Positions 29,101 through 38,285 of a DNA stretch of 64,000 bases are shown here, in pieces. Positions within the stretch are counted from its first letter, which is position 1; each line of letters begins with the position of its first letter. Where the stretch lies: contig CAZGWJ010000003.1 of the NCBI GenBank assembly GCA_964529445.1, positions 5,592-69,591 of the forward strand. Reading direction: 5' to 3'. The stretch comes from an uncultured bacterium (lineage in GTDB: Bacteria; Oederibacteriota; Muellerivitia; Muellerivitales; Muellerivitaceae). Below the pieces are notes generated by a model. That model was not told where the DNA came from. It worked only from the letters and a program-made list of their open reading frames with translations, and ran no database searches. The position numbers and the translations under genes are program-made.

Positions 29101-29165
29101 TCGTGGGCGCCATGACACGAGCCATCTTCAGGGACCCCATTGGCGCCATCATCGGAGGGGTTCCG
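29101..29165 (+). pseudogene. Diverged duplicate fragment of the Gly-rich region of the J-domain gene
   Basis: About 65 bp (gccatcttcagggaccccattggcgccatcatcggaggggttccggg) at roughly 80% identity to 28080-28140 (gccatcttcggaggccccatcggagccatcattggaggggtgctcggg). Confidence 0.45.
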
Positions 29166-29191
29166 GGAGTTTACATCAATTCTTTAGTTCG

Positions 29192-31222
29192 TTATGCTCC
29201 GCCAGTGCGTTCTACATATTGCGCAGTCAACTCATTTAGCAATCCGCTGTAATTATTGTTAGCGCTGAGATGTAACGCCCACGAAGAACGCATCATGGCT
29301 GTATACAGTGAACGTCTCGCCTTGTCAGAAGTCTCCCCATCTTCATCCCTCGAAGGGTAATCGTCCTCGCCAATAAATGGAATTATCAAATTTTGAAATT
29401 CAAGTCCCTTGGCACTCCATGTCGATATAAGTTTCACCGACTCTTCAGTAATGTTGATATTCTTTTTTTTGTTATCCTTCAAATAACTCTCAGTCTTTAT
29501 CCCACTCTTCTCAAAACATTGCTGTATCTTCTTGAGTTTTTCCACGTCGTTTACAAGAATCGCGACCGACGAGAGTGGAAATCCCTTTTCGCTTGTCACA
29601 TCCACGACCTTACTAAAGATCCCATAGATTTCTGCCGCCTCATCCTTATATATAACGATTTGTACCTTGGGAGGTTTTCGTCGTTTATCCCGCTCTTCCA
29701 ACGCGTCAGGAATCAGTAAATCCTCCTCGCCAAAACGTGCACCCTGCCCCTCTATCAAAGGTCGCGATGCGTAGATAATAGGTGTTGTAGATCTATAGCA
29801 TTTTTTTAGTATCGTCGTCCGCCCCTGAAGCTTATAACCCGTCAAATTCCATCTAAATCCTCGCCGGTAAATGCTTTGTGTCGAATCGCCATACATGACA
29901 ACCGAGGTAGCGGCCTTATCCGAATCGCCGAACAATCGCCTTAAGAGTAAATAAACTGACGGCGTTAGGTCCTGCGCTTCATCCACATATACATGAGTAT
30001 ATGTTTGAGCCACCCGCTTACACCTTGATGGCACACTGTTTTCCGACATCTTTAGAACATGAGTTGTCATCCTTTCCCATGGATATTTACCAATCTGCTT
30101 GCACTTTCTCATGAACTTATCAAACAACACCCAGACAACTTTCCGGGTAGATTTATCTAGTCTTTTTCCCATACCGGTACGATCGGTTTCTAAATACATA
30201 TCTTCGGTTCGTAAATATCTCCCAAGAATGATCTCCGCTATTTCGTCATATACCTCTTCTGGGGATAGTTTGAAATCGTCTTTAACGTTTTCTCCAACTA
30301 TCAACTTGAGATAAGGCATTAGCTTATCTTTTTCAGTATAATTCACACTTTCATTATCTTCCCTGACCAATGTACTGATGAAGCTATAAACCGTCTTAAT
30401 ATCCACCGACCTTTTCCCCTCCAGATCAAGATCATAGTTAATGACTTGCTTTGACAAATCGGCAAGCAACTGATTGTGACAAAGGTATAGTATCTTCTGT
30501 TTGTGTCCTACTAAATCCAGCTGTGGGTCGTTGATAACGCGCTCAATTCTGCGCAATGCGACGATCGTTTTCCCACTCCCAGCCGCCCCCTTAACTGCAT
30601 GAACAGCACCCAATTCTTTATCAACAAGCTGCCTTTGCTCATCGGACAAAGCCTTGAAATGTTCAATCAATGGAATAAAGCGATATACGTCCAATGCTTC
30701 TTCATCCACTAAGATCGTCGAAACGGGCTCCACGACGGGGATGCGATATACAGGTAATCTTGATTCCCGAGATTTTTCCTTGGTGACGGTTTTCTCTTTT
30801 GAGGGAAGAAAGTCTTCCTTCTTTAACACCTTAGCTTTTTCCATTAATACTTCAGTATTACCGTTATACGTTTCAGCCCAATCACACACTTCGTGCTCAC
30901 CGACACGATGCATTACAACTTCGGGCATGCCGCTTTTATCGTAGGGTTCATCAACGATTCTTCGCCCATGATCAATATTTGTATGAAACAAGCCTCGTTT
31001 AGAACCTTTAATAGGTGTTCTTTTCGCGCTCCCGGCTCTGAGTTCATTCAAATCGGTCAAATATGATTTGAGACGTTCCCATATCACACGTCGTAGCTTT
31101 GGCGCATGACACGCTATAGCCTCTTCTTCCTCAGCAAACCTTTTTGTAATATATGCATGATGAAAATGTGGTTTCCCAGAGTTGGTTACTGTTTCTTCGC
31201 GCATGTACTTCTCCTCAATCAC
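29192..31222 (-). CDS. UvrD/Rep-like SF1 helicase with an unassigned N-terminal domain of about 190 aa
   Basis: Walker A GAAGSGKT, Walker B YVDEAQD, and motifs IPFIGEDD...YTAMMRS. The GTG start at 31222 overlaps the upstream stop as GTGA; the ATG at 31204 is an alternative. Confidence 0.65.
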   Translation of the reverse strand: MIEEKYMREETVTNSGKPHFHHAYITKRFAEEEEAIACHAPKLRRVIWERLKSYLTDLNELRAGSAKRTPIKGSKRGLFHTNIDHGRRIVDEPYDKSGMPEVVMHRVGEHEVCDWAETYNGNTEVLMEKAKVLKKEDFLPSKEKTVTKEKSRESRLPVYRIPVVEPVSTILVDEEALDVYRFIPLIEHFKALSDEQRQLVDKELGAVHAVKGAAGSGKTIVALRRIERVINDPQLDLVGHKQKILYLCHNQLLADLSKQVINYDLDLEGKRSVDIKTVYSFISTLVREDNESVNYTEKDKLMPYLKLIVGENVKDDFKLSPEEVYDEIAEIILGRYLRTEDMYLETDRTGMGKRLDKSTRKVVWVLFDKFMRKCKQIGKYPWERMTTHVLKMSENSVPSRCKRVAQTYTHVYVDEAQDLTPSVYLLLRRLFGDSDKAATSVVMYGDSTQSIYRRGFRWNLTGYKLQGRTTILKKCYRSTTPIIYASRPLIEGQGARFGEEDLLIPDALEERDKRRKPPKVQIVIYKDEAAEIYGIFSKVVDVTSEKGFPLSSVAILVNDVEKLKKIQQCFEKSGIKTESYLKDNKKKNINITEESVKLISTWSAKGLEFQNLIIPFIGEDDYPSRDEDGETSDKARRSLYTAMMRSSWALHLSANNNYSGLLNELTAQYVERTGGA

Positions 31223-34200
31223 AACGTTGACATCAACTCTTTAACCCGTTTTGCTTGCTCCCTCAATTTCACTGCGTCTAGCCCACCCCTTTCATTTTCC
31301 TGGGACGTGAACATATTTTTCCCCTCTATTACACCATTCTTCCGGTACCATTCTTTCTTCCATTCCCATCCTTTGCGATATGTCGATTGATCTAACATAC
31401 CCAGATGTTCCCATAGAATGACATCACCGCTTAATGTCACAAAAGAGAAATCAGGACGCATATGGCCCTTTTCCTCAGACCCATCAAATACACGTTCATA
31501 TTCATACTCGATACCCTGCTCATGAAGGATATTTGCTATCACTAATTCAGATTTACTCCTTACTAAGTGTCCTTTTATCGTTCGGTGGATCAAGTGTTCA
31601 GCATAAGGCGGTTCATCTGCATCCACTCGCACCACGGATTTAAACAGGTTCGTGTTTCGATTAGCTGTTTCCGAACGTTCTGGCCGAGAATAGTCATAAA
31701 GCATAGCTGCATTATCGCCTTCGATAAATAGCACCAGATGCTCGCGAGACCGGGTTAAAGCTGTATAAAGTAGCTCCCTTGAGAGAAGGCGGCAGTCCTT
31801 TGGTAACACTAGGAATACTTTTTTAAATTCACTACCTTGGGCTTTATGCACCGTTAAGGCGTAGGCGAGTTCTAATGGCCCGCCCCCTCCGGCAAACTCA
31901 TACTCACGATAGGAAAACGTGAGTTTGGGACGATCGGCAAAAAGAACATTTAAAGAATTGTATTTTATATATGCACCAGTACCCACTTCACCGTTTGCCA
32001 CATAACATTTCTCGCTGTTCTTGCCATCCCAAGAACTGCGCCATTGATTCTGCGCTTGTATGACTTTATCCCTTTTCGCTATACACTCGTCACCAAAACT
32101 TATCATCCAGGGCTTGATGGCATCACCCAGTTCTCTCTTCCTGAATATCTTTTGAATCCAGCGATTTATCTCTTTCACACCGTGTTGTCGCATTTTAACC
32201 GGGGTTAATATCTGCCAATTCTCCGCACCATTCGGTGACTCAAATGGTACGTTTCCCGCCGAGATAACCGGCCTCAATACTTGCCCATTTGGCATAACGA
32301 GCGATTCGCCTAAGTTTGATTCACGTAAATTGTCATATCCCAAAGACCTGTCAAATCCCACAATATCATTGCTGCTTTTTAGGCCCAGGTGGTGCTGAAA
32401 CGATGTCAGCAACTTATCCTTCAAATCATCAGAGTCCTTCCACAATACGATGTCCAAATCGTTGAACTTGCCTCCCAATTCCAGATCACTGAGCACCCGA
32501 TCCGAATCGACCTGTTGCGGTTCGCGTGTAAACCAAGATGCCAATCGCAACGCATCTGAACTGTCATTGCCAATTGAAGATGATCTGACTTCGACAGTCA
32601 AACGCGCTAATGCATCCTTCACATATTCGCCATCTGGCGTTTTGTCCTGGCTGTTCTCTAAATATGTCGTCAAATCAGCGAATGGTCGACCGATGCCAAT
32701 CGGGGGTAATTGATTCGGATCACCTACCAATATGATCCTTTGAACATGTGCCAGATCCAGAGCCATTAGGACCGCATACAAGTCATCCATCGTCAGCATC
32801 GAACATTCGTCAATTATGATCGTTTTCTCGCGCCTATATTTCTGTTTACTATCGAAAAGGGGTCTCTGGATATTGGTATTGTATCGATCCAACTTATACA
32901 GGAATTGAGCAACCGTCATTCCCTCCGAACCAGCCGCTCTCCCCAATCTGACACGTGCTTTCCCAGTCGGAGCCAACAGCAAAATACCATCACTCGCCAA
33001 AGATGCGCATCTTGACAATGCGCCCACGATTGAAGTCTTTCCTGTTCCCGCTCTACCCATCAATACTGAAAGTCGCCGTCTTGTTACCTTTTCTAATGCT
33101 TCAGACTGTTCATCAATCGCGGACGTATGTCTGCTATTTCGCTCATCATATTTACCACCAGATCTCTCGATTGCCTCGAGCAACAGCGCTTTCCAATTCA
33201 CCCCAAGAGAAGGATGCGTCTTTTCAACCCTCCTTGACAGAATCTTGCTCAATTCTTCTTCTCGCTTGTGCACTTCCGTCAATTGAAGAGCCAGTTCCTT
33301 CTTTCCACTATTACCCGCTGGTTCATATTCAACGACGTCAATAACCTTCTTCAACATTTCCTTGTTAGCAATAGGCCAATGTGCTCCCATTTCACAAGGA
33401 TGGTCTAGGTCCAGTTTTGTTGTCGCATGAACCGCTTCTTTAATGCTTAACAGCGTATCCCCCTTATCCGCTGCTCTCCGCAATACCGCAACGATTGCAG
33501 CACGAAGGCGTCTTGTATCATTGGGCGTCTCAACAGCAGAGGGGCTTGGCACAGGATGTTTAGCGGCAATAATAGGATCGGGACGAAGGGCCCTATCAAC
33601 TGCACCTATAGAAACTGGGGCATCATCCTCATCCCCCATGTCAATCTCGCAGATTAAATAGGGGTTCTGCAAAACATCTTCATCACAGACACGAACCATC
33701 GTCCTTTCTGCGCGATGAATTGAGTCGAACCATCGGTCTGCCTGCTTTTTTGTTAAAGCCATTCTCGACAACAAACGCAAGAGATCCTTCGTTTCGCGTT
33801 GATGGTAGATCCAACTATCTCTTGCCGCTTCTACATCGGGCTTATAGGATTCTAGTGGCGGTTTCATCTTTCCGTTCAATACAGCATCTACTATTGGCCA
33901 AGGATCCATTTCTGGAGTGATCATCTTTCTATCTAGCATATCTCGCACAAACGAGACGCCCAGTCGCATACCCATGGCTTCCAGAACACTGCCCAAGCCA
34001 GGATAAGCGCCCCTATCCTTCCAGGTAGTGGCAATTTGTGCATTCAACCATTCTTCGCGTTTTTCCCACGGGCCAGGCACAATACCGTGCGAACGGATTG
34101 CGCGAACTGCCTTTAAACAATGCGTTAGAGTTGATAGCGCCACATCTGGTGAAGCCAACTCTGAACCATATGAGAAGCTTCGCGTTGCCGATTCATCCGC

Positions 34201-34998
34201 TTCTACGATGATCTCATCAAGAAGAGCGGTGCGTCGCGCGTCTTCTTTCGCATCTCCTGTCGGAGCCAAGTATTCGTGATATGGCAGGATGAACCCATCG
34301 ACTCCATCGTTTCGTATCGAGTGTTGGAACAGAAGATCCCACATTAAGTATGACTGTTTCTTCTCCGTCTCATATTCTATGGGGGGTGATATTCTTTGAA
34401 TCCTTCCTACGCCCACTACCAATCGTGATATGGCTTCGCCCAATGGATGCCCATTTTTGCAATAGAAGAATACCAACGATTGCTCGGGCACAATTCGTTT
34501 GTGAAAATGCTCAAGCAATGCTCTCTGCCGTGCCCTGCCGAATACCCAGGCAGTTGGAAAAGGGGGTTCATCATCTATTGGCATCGGTTCCGGAAGTTTG
34601 CTGTCGATTTCTTCCTGGTTCTTACTGAGCATCCATGCGAATGGCACCGCGTACGTGGAGTATGGTGGTGTTCTAACCAAGGTGGGTTTCAAGTGACCGT
34701 GAGTCGCAGATACTGAAGATATTTCCGAATAGGGGTGTTTAAATAACCTCATCCATTCATGCGGACTCATAAAAGCGCCTGATTCTGCCTTGCACACGGG
34801 TAATTGATCCGGTCTTAACTTGTTCCAGGTACGTCCAGCCATGGTATTTTCTATATCTTCGTCACGACCCAGGCGTATACGATCTAGCGCAACACAATAG
34901 CAGTTTTTTGACGGCTCCTTACAAACACAACCATCCCACCGAGAATCATGCCACGCAACTCTCACCGTCAAGTGATCCACTCGCGCCTCCACAGGCAC
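31219..34998 (-). CDS. Large RecD/Dda-like SF1 helicase with a C-terminal PD-(D/E)xK (DUF559/Vsr-like) nuclease domain and a long unassigned N-terminal region
   Basis: Helicase motifs MGRAGTGKTS, IIIDECSM, ILVGDPNQLPPIG and LTVHKAQGSEF. The C-terminus LVIANILHEQGIEYEYERVF...RPDFSF...ILWEHLG resembles Vsr/DUF559 endonucleases. Confidence 0.65.
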   Translation of the reverse strand: MPVEARVDHLTVRVAWHDSRWDGCVCKEPSKNCYCVALDRIRLGRDEDIENTMAGRTWNKLRPDQLPVCKAESGAFMSPHEWMRLFKHPYSEISSVSATHGHLKPTLVRTPPYSTYAVPFAWMLSKNQEEIDSKLPEPMPIDDEPPFPTAWVFGRARQRALLEHFHKRIVPEQSLVFFYCKNGHPLGEAISRLVVGVGRIQRISPPIEYETEKKQSYLMWDLLFQHSIRNDGVDGFILPYHEYLAPTGDAKEDARRTALLDEIIVEADESATRSFSYGSELASPDVALSTLTHCLKAVRAIRSHGIVPGPWEKREEWLNAQIATTWKDRGAYPGLGSVLEAMGMRLGVSFVRDMLDRKMITPEMDPWPIVDAVLNGKMKPPLESYKPDVEAARDSWIYHQRETKDLLRLLSRMALTKKQADRWFDSIHRAERTMVRVCDEDVLQNPYLICEIDMGDEDDAPVSIGAVDRALRPDPIIAAKHPVPSPSAVETPNDTRRLRAAIVAVLRRAADKGDTLLSIKEAVHATTKLDLDHPCEMGAHWPIANKEMLKKVIDVVEYEPAGNSGKKELALQLTEVHKREEELSKILSRRVEKTHPSLGVNWKALLLEAIERSGGKYDERNSRHTSAIDEQSEALEKVTRRRLSVLMGRAGTGKTSIVGALSRCASLASDGILLLAPTGKARVRLGRAAGSEGMTVAQFLYKLDRYNTNIQRPLFDSKQKYRREKTIIIDECSMLTMDDLYAVLMALDLAHVQRIILVGDPNQLPPIGIGRPFADLTTYLENSQDKTPDGEYVKDALARLTVEVRSSSIGNDSSDALRLASWFTREPQQVDSDRVLSDLELGGKFNDLDIVLWKDSDDLKDKLLTSFQHHLGLKSSNDIVGFDRSLGYDNLRESNLGESLVMPNGQVLRPVISAGNVPFESPNGAENWQILTPVKMRQHGVKEINRWIQKIFRKRELGDAIKPWMISFGDECIAKRDKVIQAQNQWRSSWDGKNSEKCYVANGEVGTGAYIKYNSLNVLFADRPKLTFSYREYEFAGGGGPLELAYALTVHKAQGSEFKKVFLVLPKDCRLLSRELLYTALTRSREHLVLFIEGDNAAMLYDYSRPERSETANRNTNLFKSVVRVDADEPPYAEHLIHRTIKGHLVRSKSELVIANILHEQGIEYEYERVFDGSEEKGHMRPDFSFVTLSGDVILWEHLGMLDQSTYRKGWEWKKEWYRKNGVIEGKNMFTSQENERGGLDAVKLREQAKRVKELMSTL

Positions 34999-35032
34999 AC
35001 ATCGTTACGCCCATTAATGACAATATAGGTTC

Positions 35033-36136
35033 CTAGTTCTTTCGCGCCCAAATGTCATACTCACACATTGCAGGCGAATTGGTTCTCACGAAGTATTCCG
35101 ACTGTCTTTTCCCGCCCGAGGCATTTCCCGCCTGCTTGATCGTCTCTATAACCCAGGGAGTTCCGTCTAAGGATCTTTTAATAATGCCGATCGGGTCCTT
35201 CTTTCGGTCATTGATCGATCCATAACGAATGACCATCCTGCAATTCTTATGAGCCGAATCAGCAGAATTAACCCATACCTTTTTCAACTCATCCGCAAAC
35301 TCATTGGGACTCCTGTGATTGACTTGCAACTTGTTGTGGTAGACAACTTTTGCAGGAGCCCCCAGGAACCACAATCGAAGCCATTGATCTGGGATATATG
35401 TTCGCATTCCATAATATGGCGGCGATGTGATTATCCAGTTATAGCTTCCCTTAACCGCACGATACGACGACCCCCGACGGCTATCGCCGCATATAACTTC
35501 GCTCTTCGAATCCGGGCATTCGCTTGTGTAATAGCGATTAGCGCGGCATCGAATAATTTCCATAACATCAACGTCAACCGGGTGTAATTGGTTTCTTTTC
35601 CAATACTTAACGGAGTAAGCAGGTTTAGGCGCGAACGTGCGTGTGCACTGATTCGATAAATACGACTGTCCTTTTTTAGGGCGTGGACCATGCAGCGCGC
35701 CCAATACAATTCCCAGTAATGCACGTCTTGCCGGAGAACGCGCATCTCGTAAAAGCGCAGAGCGCAACTTGCATACTTCCTTAAGTGTGTTCCTCGAATA
35801 CGCCCATTTCCAAAATTCCCCAGTCGGGCAATCAACAGCCGGTTCGGTTTTGAGGATCCGTTCCGCCGCATCGATAATATCGGATGGAGTTGTACAAGCG
35901 ATTTTCGCTCGGCTTATCGCCGTAGCCACGGGGTTACTATCAATTCCGGCGGAATCCATCCCAAGCATGCGCGCTGCATAGATCGTTGTACCCCGGCCGC
36001 AAAACGGATCCAGCACACCGCGCACAGTACTTTTGTGTTCACACAATATTTCATACGGAAAGCTCAATGGGAACATAGTGAAGTACGGGCATATACCATT
36101 CAAAACACTATTCGGTTCAGTCTGTGGTGTTTTCAT
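35033..36136 (-). CDS. DNA methyltransferase, amino-methyltransferase type (N6A or N4C)
   Basis: Motif I VLDPFCGRGTTIYAARMLGMDSAGIDSNP and motif IV ITSPPYYG. The ATG at 36136-36134 overlaps the HerA-like stop as ATGA. Confidence 0.7.
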   Translation of the reverse strand: MKTPQTEPNSVLNGICPYFTMFPLSFPYEILCEHKSTVRGVLDPFCGRGTTIYAARMLGMDSAGIDSNPVATAISRAKIACTTPSDIIDAAERILKTEPAVDCPTGEFWKWAYSRNTLKEVCKLRSALLRDARSPARRALLGIVLGALHGPRPKKGQSYLSNQCTRTFAPKPAYSVKYWKRNQLHPVDVDVMEIIRCRANRYYTSECPDSKSEVICGDSRRGSSYRAVKGSYNWIITSPPYYGMRTYIPDQWLRLWFLGAPAKVVYHNKLQVNHRSPNEFADELKKVWVNSADSAHKNCRMVIRYGSINDRKKDPIGIIKRSLDGTPWVIETIKQAGNASGGKRQSEYFVRTNSPAMCEYDIWARKN

Positions 36137-38277
36137 TTCTTTGGGTTTGGATTCGGGCCAGTTTTCACGTACGTCTTGTTCTCCGCATTCCGGAAGGCAT
36201 GCCACGCCTGATCTTGAGGACCGATTATCTCGTTCAGTGCGGTTACTACCATACGATATGCCATGTCGTCGCGGTTATCTATTTTCGGTGGAAGAGTGGT
36301 TACAAAAAGAGCCTTTACAGAACCCCATGCAGCACCCTCTCCACGAATGCGACCCAAGAGTTTTTCATCGGCCCTGAGGGCGTTAACACAAGCTTCGCGC
36401 AATACGGCAAGATTATCAACGGGTTCCTCGTCTGTTGATTCGGTACCCGGAACTGTCGGCTGTGTTTTCTGCGTCCCATCCGCAGCACCAGGTTGAGTAT
36501 TTTGTGGTTGCGTCTTAGGTGGCATCGACACCGAGGGTGCAGGAAATTCCCTCTGTACCGTTTGTGCGAATGTTTCAGCAGCAGGTTTGTTGTAGTCAGG
36601 GTCAAGCCGGTGGAACTTGTCCTCAAAAGAAAGAACGCGTAGTGAGATCGGGTAGGATTTTCCTTTAACGGAACTCCAAAATACACCTTGTCCAGGAATC
36701 GGTTCATTGAGTAGAGCAGATAGTATGTCATTACTGAAATGGGAGTTTGCCTTGGATACGCTTAAAAGATCAGCCGCGGATAGCAAATGGAAAACAAACC
36801 AATTGTCGCCTTGGCTGAGTATCTCCACCGGAATACTACCTGGTTGCTGTGTCACCATAAGAGCACCGAGATCGTATTTCCGACCTTCCTTAACCCAAGC
36901 TATGTATGGTTCTGCCGATGTGGCAGTATCGTTCAATACAGTCTGGGCCTCCTCGACCACGGCAATGGTAGGAATCGTCTGGGGGTTATCGGAGGTGAAC
37001 TCCGCTTGGTTACGATCAAAGATACGGCGCAGTATGATTCCAGAAAGTATAAGCGCCTGTGCTCCACGCATCTGCGATACATCCACGATACACAGCTTTC
37101 CTTGTTGCAACGCGTAAATGAGCATATCCATCAGCTGACTGCTTTTATCGTGGAGCATGCCGACAATGGTTGTCATGTTCCCTCTGGCCGCAAGAGCTTC
37201 GGCTTGTTGCTCTCGTTCAAGTGAGAGGATGCGCATGACATCGTCGAGTGGAGTCGAGTTTTTATTCACATCGATCAGATTGACCAATTCCTCCCATCGG
37301 GCGGAATCAAGACCTCTTAGCTTACGCACATTCTGCTGATCTTGACGATCCGGGCCTAGAGCGATGCCAATCACATCGGCCGGTCTTAGGCGGCGGATAT
37401 CCAGCTTAATTCCACCAGCGACGAATGACTGGTAGAAAGGGCTGCTACTACGCCTGGAAGTGAACACAACGAGTTTATCCTGTAGGGCCGGCACATCGCA
37501 CAATCCCGGCCGGCCCTTATCATCAGGCCAGAAATACTCCCCTTCCGGATCAAAGATCACTGTGCCGACGGGTACCTGGCGATTTCTTTTTTCCACGGTT
37601 GGTGTTTTCTCATAAAGTTGGCTGAACAAAAGCTTGTTAAGATTTGATTTACCGAATCCGGCGCGCGCAAAGATGAACGAGCGGCGCGAGACAAGACTGT
37701 CTACCGCAAATTTGACAAGTACTTCCGGCGATTTTACTTGCATCCAATCTTCAACCTTTAGCTGATCTCCTCCCTGTGCATAAATGTATTCACCGAATGC
37801 AAGATAGCCAATGGGAGAAGCCTTGATGTTGTGACCAGCCAGCTCCTGGAGTACCGGCCCCGACGGAAAGGCAACAGGGCTTCCCACATGTGGCAATCGT
37901 CTGTGTGAAGCCACGAAAGACAACTCGCCATTCGTCTTATGACGTATGACACCCAGCACCCTTATGTTGACTCGATACTTGAGGTAATCTTCGCGCAGGT
38001 TCTCTGGAACCTGTCGTTCTTCGCGGACCGCACGGATATTGAATTCTTCGCCCGCACCAGAAGATAGTTTTCCTTCGGACGAGAATGCGGTGATCCGCCC
38101 TAATACTGCCTCCTCGGGGGTCTCAAGTTGAACAAGGACAAATTGTCCATGCATGGGTCGGCACTGAAAATCACCCCGATACGGCAATACCAGGTCCGCG
38201 TGAAACTCCAGACCTCCTTCGCGGAAGCCACGAAACACGCCAACAATTTGGTCCTTTGGAAACAATTCTAAAGACAT
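36133..38277 (-). CDS. HerA/FtsK-like (DUF87) ATPase
   Basis: Walker A FARAGFGKSN, Walker B IAVVEEAQ, and an arginine-finger region typical of HerA-like hexameric ATPases. 714 aa. Confidence 0.6.
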   Translation of the reverse strand: MSLELFPKDQIVGVFRGFREGGLEFHADLVLPYRGDFQCRPMHGQFVLVQLETPEEAVLGRITAFSSEGKLSSGAGEEFNIRAVREERQVPENLREDYLKYRVNIRVLGVIRHKTNGELSFVASHRRLPHVGSPVAFPSGPVLQELAGHNIKASPIGYLAFGEYIYAQGGDQLKVEDWMQVKSPEVLVKFAVDSLVSRRSFIFARAGFGKSNLNKLLFSQLYEKTPTVEKRNRQVPVGTVIFDPEGEYFWPDDKGRPGLCDVPALQDKLVVFTSRRSSSPFYQSFVAGGIKLDIRRLRPADVIGIALGPDRQDQQNVRKLRGLDSARWEELVNLIDVNKNSTPLDDVMRILSLEREQQAEALAARGNMTTIVGMLHDKSSQLMDMLIYALQQGKLCIVDVSQMRGAQALILSGIILRRIFDRNQAEFTSDNPQTIPTIAVVEEAQTVLNDTATSAEPYIAWVKEGRKYDLGALMVTQQPGSIPVEILSQGDNWFVFHLLSAADLLSVSKANSHFSNDILSALLNEPIPGQGVFWSSVKGKSYPISLRVLSFEDKFHRLDPDYNKPAAETFAQTVQREFPAPSVSMPPKTQPQNTQPGAADGTQKTQPTVPGTESTDEEPVDNLAVLREACVNALRADEKLLGRIRGEGAAWGSVKALFVTTLPPKIDNRDDMAYRMVVTALNEIIGPQDQAWHAFRNAENKTYVKTGPNPNPKK

Positions 38278-38285
38278 CTTGCCCC

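Noticed and set aside
36133-36205. 73-bp overlap between the HerA-like and methyltransferase ORFs, as listed in the ORF track
   Set aside because: The MTase more likely starts at the internal ATG (MKTPQ...) at 36136, which forms an ATGA overlap with the HerA stop. The longer N-terminal extension is not needed.
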